The position numbers and the translations under genes are program-made. Source: Octopus bimaculoides (Eukaryota). Taken from it: DNA of 58,124 bases. Where the stretch lies: positions 126,416,514-126,474,637 of the forward strand of contig NC_068981.1 of assembly GCF_001194135.2 (NCBI RefSeq). The letters are read 5' to 3'. The notes beneath the pieces are model-generated. The model ran no database searches. It had not been told where the DNA came from and worked only from the letters and a program-made list of their open reading frames with translations. This document shows, in pieces, positions 49,575 to 58,124 of this stretch. Within the stretch, counting starts at the first letter, position 1. Each line of letters opens with the position of its first letter.

Positions 49575-49960
49575 GAGGCGCAATGGCCCAGTGGTTAGGG
49601 CAGCGGACTCGCGGTCATAGGATCGCGGTTTCGATTCCCAGACCGGGTGTTGTGAGTGTTTATTGAGCGAAAACACCTAAAACTTCACGAGGCTCCGGCA
49701 GGGGATGGTGACGAACCCTGCTGTACTCTTCCACCACAACTTTCTCTCACTCTTACTTCCTGTTTCTGTTGTGCCTGTAATTCAAAGCGTCGACCTTGTC
49801 ACACTGTGTCACGCTGAATATCCCCGAGAACTGCGTTAAGGGTACACGTGTCTGTGGAGTGCTCAGCCACTTGCACGTTAATTTCACAAGCAGGCTGTTC
49901 CGTTGATCGGATCAACTGGAACCCTCGACGTCGTAAGCGACGGAGTGCCAACACACAACA
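49575..49960 (+). mobile_element. Full-length family-D tRNA-derived SINE, nested in an older repeat
   Basis: GAGGCGCAATGGCCCAGTGGTTAGG...GGTTTCGATTCCC...GGAGTGCCAACAC. Flanking duplication ATTTCTAG(T/C)AGG. Confidence 0.92.
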
Positions 49961-50489
49961 CACCCATTTCTAGCAGGTCCAGCGTTGGCTGGATCTTCTA
50001 GAGAAAAAATGTAGAAGAATGACATAATGGGGAAGGCCAACCATGTGTTAATTGAACTTTTTAGAGTTAAACATAAATAACTACTCAACTCCCCAGAAAT
50101 AAATACTAATTTTAAAATTGGAAGTTCTTTTCACTTCCAATATGATATATTTTAAGGCTGTTTCAGTTGTGACCATCTCATCTTTGAGGATTTCCTAGGT
50201 TTCTCACATTATTTAACGTTTTTCTTTAACGGCGGTATTGTCACTACAAAGAGACATCTGTACATCATTGAAAACTGCTTGTACAACATGAGTACCACTC
50301 TCTGAGTTTCGGTGATTAGTCGCTACTGTCAGGCCGAAGAGTGATAACCAGTAGTCACGTTAAACCACAGGTTTTACATCAGTGCGCTTCTTTCCGAGAA
50401 GGACATTGTAACAACAGCTATGTCCTGGGTATAATTTTAAACTGCGTCCGTTGAGTGAGGTGGGGCTCAGGTTCGGGAGTTTCAGGGTT

Positions 50490-50811
50490 TAAGGAGAACG
50501 AAGATAAACTGAACAACTATGACGATTTGAAGTGGGAAATACGAAGGTTGTGGTCAATGAGGAGAGTAGATGTGGTGCCAATAGTAATTGGCGCGCTTGG
50601 AAGTATCAGCACTCAACTACCAACATAGCTCAAAAAGATTGGTACAAATGTGAAGGTAGAATACCTACAAAAATCAGCATTGCTTGGAACTGCAAGAATT
50701 CTTCGCAGGGTTCTTGAAACATGACCAGCAAACAAGAGTCACTGTAGTCTGCTAGCTGTGAATAGCTGACACTTTCCATCATACCCAGCAAAATAGACTG
50801 TGAGTTTTCAT

Positions 50812-50894
<83 letters not shown>
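50490..50894 (+). mobile_element. Third R4/Dong 3' end with long (TAA)n tail
   Basis: YDDLKWEIRRLWSM...VPIVIGALG...LQKSALLGTARILRRVLE*, then a UTR and (TAA)n at about 50813-50894. Confidence 0.88.
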
Positions 50895-50895
<1 letters not shown>

Positions 50896-51220
50896 GTGAT
50901 GAGGATGACGGTGGTGGTGGTGGTGGTGGTCACTCACATTGATTTCGACGTATGAGCGTTTGAAGGAGATTTAAAAAAAAAAGAAGTGAGAAAAAGAAAA
51001 ACCAACTTTAAAAATAAAAGAAGTTACGTCTATTTGCGATGGATACGTGAATGTAATTTGAGAGTCCAGGTATGAACTTTGTTATGAAATCACAATAGGG
51101 AAACTGATGATTTTGATTTTGCCTGGAATTGGGCAAATGTATCTGTTGACTGTAGGATGTAATGCTTTTATTGTTCTCTTTCTCCAACTCATATTGTTTT
51201 GATATAAGATTGATCTAGGC

Positions 51221-51392
51221 CAGCGCTCTGCAATATTTTTTCACTTGCGGTATACTTATATTTTTTTCAAAATTCGGCGGCACACATGAACTAAAAATAT
51301 AAGGAAAAATTTATATTCAGGTTCACTGCGGTACACCTAGCATCGTCTTGTGGCACACCAATGTGCCACGGCATACCGGTTGCGGATCACTG
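51221..51392. mobile_element. hAT Charlie-type MITE (172 bp)
   Basis: CAGCGCTCTGCAA ... TTGCGGATCACTG. TSD ATCTAGGC (51213-20) / ATCTAGGA (51393-400). Confidence 0.82.
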
Positions 51393-51399
51393 ATCTAGG

Positions 51400-52720
51400 A
51401 AATAACTTACCCGAATTAAGCTGTAGAGATTTTAGTGATTTCTTCAACTTATCCTTATACTTCAGGAGTGAGTTTTCCTTTTCCGCGATATCCCTATACT
51501 TGTTAGCCATATAAAAGAATTTTCAGAATGCATTCATCTTTCATTCGAACAACATGTCCTACCTATCTGTACTGAATTCTCAGCAACATGCTTTTGATAC
51601 TGGAGATATTACATTTTCTAAGATTCTGACATTTGATATCTTCACATGTGAAAAGTTTCAAATTTCTTTGTGCCTTCTTCCCCATACAAGAATGTGCTCA
51701 ACATATAAGATTAGTATATACTTATTTTATTTTTCAGACTAACACCGTGTTTATCCCACAAACGATGGGCAAGTCTTCCAAAATCATTTCTGGCCTTAGA
51801 TATTCTAACATTGATTTCGTCTTCAAGAGAACTCTTAATGTTTACTATACTACCAAGATATTTAAATGACCGGACCCATTTCAGTGGCTTGTTGTCAAGC
51901 ATCACATTTGAATCTTGAATATGTCCTGCCTCAGGCTTTGCTTGAAATAAAACTCAGCCTTCTTGATGCTGACAGTCAGTCCAGTTGCACAAGCTGCCGT
52001 AGCAAAGCTGTCGACTGTTTCCTGAATTCCCTCAAATATATGAGAAATCAAAGTGCAATCATCAACAAACAGAAAATCACGTAAAATCTCTTTCTTGGTC
52101 TTTTTTGTTGATCTGAAACTTTGTCCTTTTAGGTCTTAGTAGACCTCCTTCTGCGCGAAACTGGAATTTTACACCTTCATGATAATCCCTAAAAACATGT
52201 TGGAGTATCATTGAAAAGGACATGGAAAAAAGTACTAAAACATAACCCTATTTGGATTCAGTGGCAACAGAAAATGAGGTTTATTTTGAGAATCGTTCTC
52301 ATCGAGTCAATCTTGATGCTTGCGTTTGACGAATCATCGAACCTCTTCCGCAGATGATTTGATGCAGTCACGAATATTATGCCACAAAACTTCGGGATCT
52401 TTGCTTTCCTCTATATTCACAAGCTTTGAATTTAGATGCATTTCAAAGCTTTTCTCGTTTCTAGATTGTTTAAAGAAGACGTTTATTCTCGGAGTTATAC
52501 TGGATATCAGTGGTCACTTTGTATATGGTTTAGCAAATATCTTACTACGAACTATTCTGTGATCCAAATAACACTCAGAAGTTTTGTGAGCACTGGTTAA
52601 TCTGAAATCATTGCAATCTTTGTTCCTAGTTATGACATAGTCAAGCATGTGTCAGTTATCTGATCGGGGATGCTTTATCTGCCTGCTGAAACACTGTATT
52701 TGTGATTGTTAGAATGTAGA
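51400..52720 (-). mobile_element. RTE-clade LINE, internally deleted (endonuclease end, RT end, C-terminus)
   Basis: DYVITRNKD, FLFVDDCTL, FKYLGS...DEINVRISKARNDFGRL..RLW and GHVVRMKDE. Confidence 0.85.
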
Positions 52721-53629
52721 TTTGCATCCTTAATTTATTACAATAAGCACTTAAGCAAATATTATTTGCTTCATTTAAGCAAAACAACTTTCACAGATCA
52801 AAGATAGGAAAAACATTAATGTACTTACAAAATAAAAGCAAGAAAAAATTTACCCATTTGAAAATGTAGTATACGAAATTGTGACAATGGGTGGACCATA
52901 TGTTAGAAAACCGCTCAGCCTATATGATAAGATCCAAAGGGTAACTGAAAGAAGATATGATGGTACAGATGTTAAAGTAAATATGAAAAATCAGAGATTG
53001 ACGTTTGGAAAAATATTCTTGAAAATGGATAACTATTTTCTAACGGAAGTCGTTAATTACAGAGGAAACCAGTAAGAAATGAAAAAAATATATAGAAGCG
53101 TAAAGAGTGAGTAAAATATCGAAGAGAAATTAGGAGACGTTAAATGAAAGAAAAGAAACAAATAAGGAAGGGCTGTGATTATGTGAGTAATGTTGAGTTA
53201 AACAAAGATAAATGGTATTAATTGGTTTCTGTAAAATAACGACAGAAGAATATGATGTGATAGGGAATTTAATAGGAATAATTTAAATTAAGGCCGTGTC
53301 TTAGGAAAAAACTTGAGTTAGCAAATAAAAGAGACTTGTACAGATGGTATAGGTGAATATAAAATATAAATAATAATAAAGACATACGTTAATAAACATA
53401 ACGTTAAAAAATTGTTTGGTTGTATAAACAGATGAATTCCTATGAGCATAAAGGAGCATAACTCGGATTACCTTAAGAAGTGATAATGTTAATTTGAATC
53501 GAATGATAAAATGATATTGTGTTAAATAAGAGTGATAAAATAGGCAGTACTAAAGATGATTGTGTACTATGTAATCTCAAAATGATTGTTAAGTGAACCA
53601 AAATATGTATTAAATAATTATGTAAATTG

Positions 53630-53920
53630 TGTCTCACAATTTGAGAGCATTGTATGACAATCTGGAAGGTGTATTTGGTTTTAAAAAGGATGGTACTGAA
53701 TCAATTCTGTCTAACGACGGGTCTAAATTCTTAAGTAACAAAGATGAAATTCTGAAAAATGGGCTGGGCACTTTAAATCCGTATCAAATCAAGAATCCAC
53801 TACCAATCCTAATGGGATGGGAGGTTAAATAATTTATCCTCCCATCCAAACGTTCTAAAAAGACCGGAATTACGATGTAATAAAATGTACTTAAATGTCT
53901 GGCTAAATGTGTAATATATC
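53630..53920 (+). mobile_element. RTE LINE linker fragment
   Basis: ALYDNLEGVFG...ILSNDGSKFLSNKDEILK/KWAGHF (frameshifted). Confidence 0.7.
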
Positions 53921-54101
53921 ATTTTCAATCAAGGAACTAGGTAGTGTAATGAAAACCTATTTAGATAGGAACGGCAAGGTATATTAAAAGGATATAGAAG
54001 GGTTGAAGGAAATTATAATGAAATATATTGTACTAAATATATACTAGATCACGATGCAGAGTTATATTTACTTTACGGTTTCGTAGCGATATATTTAATT
54101 C

Positions 54102-54510
54102 TTTCACCCGCACGATTTTCACCAAGAAAAAAAAAAAACTCGGATTTTTTGCGTGGAATCAAGCACACTGACCTACTAATATGCTGCAAACTCCTTATGT
54201 TTCTTCGGAAAAAAAGTGAATGGGATGGGAAATCGGCCCCACCCCATATCTCGGAATCATTAGAAATTTTCTTTTTTTTTTTTGTTGAATGAATTCCGGT
54301 CACCTCCTAATATGCTACAAAACCGTTTTTGGGGTCCGGAAAACGGGGTGGGGTGAGGTAGAAGCCTCAGAAATTACACCCCCACCCCCATTGATCTTTT
54401 CACCCGCACGATTTTCACTAAGAAAAAAAAAAGAAAACTCGGAATTTTTGCATGGTATCAAGTACCCTGACCCCCTAATATGCTGCAAACACATTTTTGT
54501 TCGGAAAAGT
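54102..54510 (+). repeat. Degenerate direct repeats (54102-54215 and 54398-54510; motif CTAATATGCT(G/A)CAAA three times)
   Basis: TTTCACCCGCACGATTTTCAC.AAGAAAAAAAA..AAACTCGGA occurs twice. Confidence 0.8.
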
Positions 54511-54525
54511 GTACTTATTTTTTAA

Positions 54526-54780
54526 AGCTTGGTACTTATTCTATCGGGCTCTTTTGCTGAACCACTAAGTTACAGGAGACAAATAAACCAAGAAACGGTT
54601 ATGAAACGGTGATAGGGGACAGAGACACAAAGACACACACAATGTATACATATGCGATGAGCTTCTTTCAGTTTTTTTTTACCAAATCCACCCAAATAGC
54701 TTTGGTTGGACTGAGATTAGAGTAGAAAACACTTATCCAAGGTATCACGCAAAGAAATTGAACTCGGAGTCACATAGTGA
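54526..54780 (-). mobile_element. Diverged family-B SINE
   Basis: GTACTTATTCTATCGG..CTTTTGCTGAACC.CTAAGTTAC...CTTCTTTCAGTTT...AACACTT..CCAAGG. Confidence 0.8.
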
Positions 54781-55165
54781 CGAAAATGGTTTCTTTACAG
54801 TGATGTAACGTCTTCATTAATTAATGAAAGGAGTCGTTAGAAACGGCTGTAATAGATTGACACTTGTATCTCTACTGTTACTCATTTATATTTTTATTCA
54901 CCTGTCTCGGAATCAGCCCTTCGTAAATATTATGGAGCGTATGCTTGATATAATGTACATGCCTGAAAAGCTCAAGAATGGATTTATTCACTAGCTGGGT
55001 CTAATTGTCTACATATATTGCAAGAATATCATTCGGCTGGTACTTATATACCAAGTTTGATATTTATATAGCTTTGTTGTGCATGTATATTATTCCGACC
55101 TAAAGAGGTGCCTCAATTTAAGTACTTAATTCAACTGAATCTTACTTATATCTATATCTATCTAG

Positions 55166-55200
<35 letters not shown>

Positions 55201-55455
55201 TGTATATATATATATATATATGAATGTATGTATATATATTTGTACATATATATATGCATGTATATATATATATATATATATATATAAACAACGCATAATG
55301 ACAGTGACAAAGAAAATCACTGTAAATGGTCAGTTGGTTATTAACAATTCAGTAATTGACGTATTTAATTTTAGAATTGATTTAGGTATACAATTCAATT
55401 CAAACATTTCTATTATATTTTTACCAATTTATATATCGGAATGTCCAGACAGACG

Positions 55456-55514
55456 GGTAGATTCATCACCGAGGAGAGAAAATGAGGTTGAAACACCGAG
55501 TCTGACTATCTGCC
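55456..55514 (+). ncRNA. Degenerate type I hammerhead-like motif with a bipartite stem I
   Basis: GGTAGAT/ATCTGCC plus TCA/TGA form stem I. Core CCGAGGA, then GAAAC-ACCGA-GTC. Stem II is largely unpaired. Confidence 0.45.
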
Positions 55515-56274
55515 GACAGCAACCTAACTGAGCTCTATGTTTTCAATAAACAAGTTACTTTGAGACAAAATAGTAAAATTCGTACCGTTCCACATTTGTA
55601 TGTACATTACAGATTTTATTTACACCGTTTTTCTAATCTAATACAGTTTCAAGTAAACTTTTTCATTTCCTTCTCATTTGAAAAAGGGTGAAGAAAATAG
55701 GACTAACGGATTTGTATTTTACCTTTTAATTCAAAATTTCTTCTTAAAAGTATCTTAAACCTTTACGATTAAGAGTTGATAATGGTCATTTTCCTAGAAC
55801 AGTACTATCATTTGTCATTGCCTATCTCACATGCAATTTACAGAATAACACGATGGGGTATTCTCTTGGAATATCGTGTAGTATATAAGATGGCAAATGT
55901 TTAAAAATATCCAGGTAGGTTTTAGAATTAACGCTTGTACTTTGAGGCATTATGTAAATACCAGCTCTTCCTCTTCGATATATGCTTGACTATATCATTG
56001 TAGAGGTGTATTGTATGTATCTCGCAAGTCTGTGCATGAAATTGCACCTTAAGTTTCATGGACGATTCATACGGAAGATATGCAAAACATTAAAGGCTAT
56101 AAGGCTCGAGGAAGAGTGTTTTAATTGGAAATATGGAAATAATGTAGAAGCTTGAGAAATCACATTTTATGATATGTATATATATATATATGTATATATA
56201 TGTATGTATGTGTTTGTGTATATACATATATATGTATATATATATATGCACTGATTTCTACATATATATATATA

Positions 56275-56322
<48 letters not shown>

Positions 56323-57771
56323 TGTGTGTGTGTGTTAATCAATGAAATTCCATCTTAGTCTGATTTTCACATTTTATTATTTACAATTTTTATGATTTTA
56401 CAATATTGAACTAAACTAGTACTTTCATGCGTTACACACACATACACATACGTATGTACACACACATATATATGTGTCTGTATACATATATATATACACA
56501 CACACAAGTGTATATATAACAATAATGTGTATAAATATATATTTTGCATATATATGTACATATGATGGAAGTCGACCCAATAATACATACATACAAGCAT
56601 GCATACACTCATATAGACATTAACAGATTAAAATAAAAGGCTAAACATATGTTGAACATATTATATACTTTTTTAAAAACTCCTACAGGCTGTAAACAGC
56701 AAAGTGGAGGTGAGGGACGGAATTACATAAGGCGAAATATGAGTCATCAGATGAAGTGAATGCAATTATAGTTTCATCGTTCTCTGCGTTGACTTTTCAT
56801 CCATATTTGGGTGGGACGTTTTAGTTGTCTTTTAGCTTAAAAATGACTTTTTTTCTACTCTTACACTGAAGGAGTATGTGTCTGTGTGCGTATGTGTATT
56901 TGTGTATGCGTGTATGTGTGAGAGAAGTGTTTTTTTTTTTTCAGTCGTGGGCTAAATAGAAGTTATGTCGGAATCTAAAAATATATTTCCTTGCTTAGCC
57001 GTTTCAATGACTTTTGGCTGACATACATACACACATACTTATACCCATACATACAGAAATAGTGTATACACGTATATGCATACATACATACATACATACA
57101 TATATGTATACATATAACATATAGGCACACGTATGCATGCACAGACACACACGAATATATATGTGCCTGTATATATATATATACATATGTTTATATCTGC
57201 ATATAAACACACGTATGCGTGTAAGTATTATATATAGAAATACATATATGCGTATGTGTATATATGTGTATATATATATATACNNNNNNNNNNNNNNNNN
57301 NNNNNNNNNNNNNNNNNNNNNNNNNNNNNNNNNNNNNNNNNNNNNNNNNNNNNNNNNNNNNNNNNNNNNNNNNNNNNNNNNNNNNNNNNNNNNNNNNNNN
57401 NNNNNNNNNNNNNNNNNNNNNNNNNNNNNNNNNNNNNNNNNNNNNNNNNNNNNNNNNNNNNNNNNNNNNNNNNNNNNNNNNNNNNNNNNNNNNNNNNNNN
57501 NNNNNNNNNNNNNNNNNNNNNNNNNNNNNNNNNNNNNNNNNNNNNNNNNNNNNNNNNNNNNNNNNNNNNNNNNNNNNNNNNNNNNNNNNNNNNNNNNNNN
57601 NNNNNNTATATATATAGGGTAGAAATGGAGTGGGCTTATGAAAATACAGTGACACATACAACCGCAGCTAGATTTACATGCGACATCGTAAAGATGAAAC
57701 AAAATGATTTGTCAGCACGTTAGTATCTTTTACTGTCGTCTCTTGTCTCCTGTACTCAGTCACACAAACAC

Positions 57772-57819
<48 letters not shown>

Positions 57820-58090
57820 CATACACACTCATATACACTCATATACACGCACTCACTAACATATGGAAGCACGTAAGCATATACATACGCCCCAAAAAAT
57901 GTATAAACACACACATGTGCACGCAGATGCCTACACTAAATCGCAACATTCACGCAACATTACTTTCACCTACTTATATCTATTCCTATACTTCTAACCA
58001 GAGCCACCCCGAATTCTCATACATGCGAATGTGTACGTTTGTGTGTTGGCGATATATGTATGTGTATATATATATATATATATTTATGCA

Positions 58091-58124
<34 letters not shown>

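Noticed and set aside
52880-53620. AT-rich, purine-biased tract suggestive of a very old LINE
   Set aside because: No diagnostic motif could be read.
1-58124. CRISPR arrays, rRNA or prokaryotic operons
   Set aside because: No repeat-spacer array, no rRNA-like sequence and no dense coding; the window is clearly eukaryotic repeat-rich DNA.

Overview
Eukaryotic, AT-rich, microsatellite-laden draft-assembly window with about 12 N-gaps and no confidently recognisable host protein-coding exon. The SINE families resemble those I know from Octopus (coleoid cephalopod); this is inference, not a database result. Almost everything identifiable is decayed transposon. Non-LTR retrotransposons: Tx1/L1 (RT, zinc knuckle, ORF1), R4/Dong, RTE, Hero and a Penelope GIY-YIG end. 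DNA transposons: mariner (cecropia- and irritans-like), DD41D rosa/visitor, Tc1, pogo/Tigger, hAT Charlie/Buster and piggyBac. There are also at least four tRNA-derived SINE families. Most ORFs in the supplied track are microsatellite or N-gap artefacts. The unexplained structure is RNA- or DNA-structural. (i) Six or more hammerhead-ribozyme-like folds with unrelated flanks, one with a fully intact catalytic core (5058-5116) and one downstream of a tRNA-like Pol III head (29760-30075). (ii) A tRNA-like cloverleaf locked inside a 170-bp near-perfect palindrome (8958-9590). (iii) A 600-bp fold-back element whose arms end in inward-facing TTAGGG/CCCTAA telomere repeats (38651-39252). (iv) Further fold-back and duplication structures.
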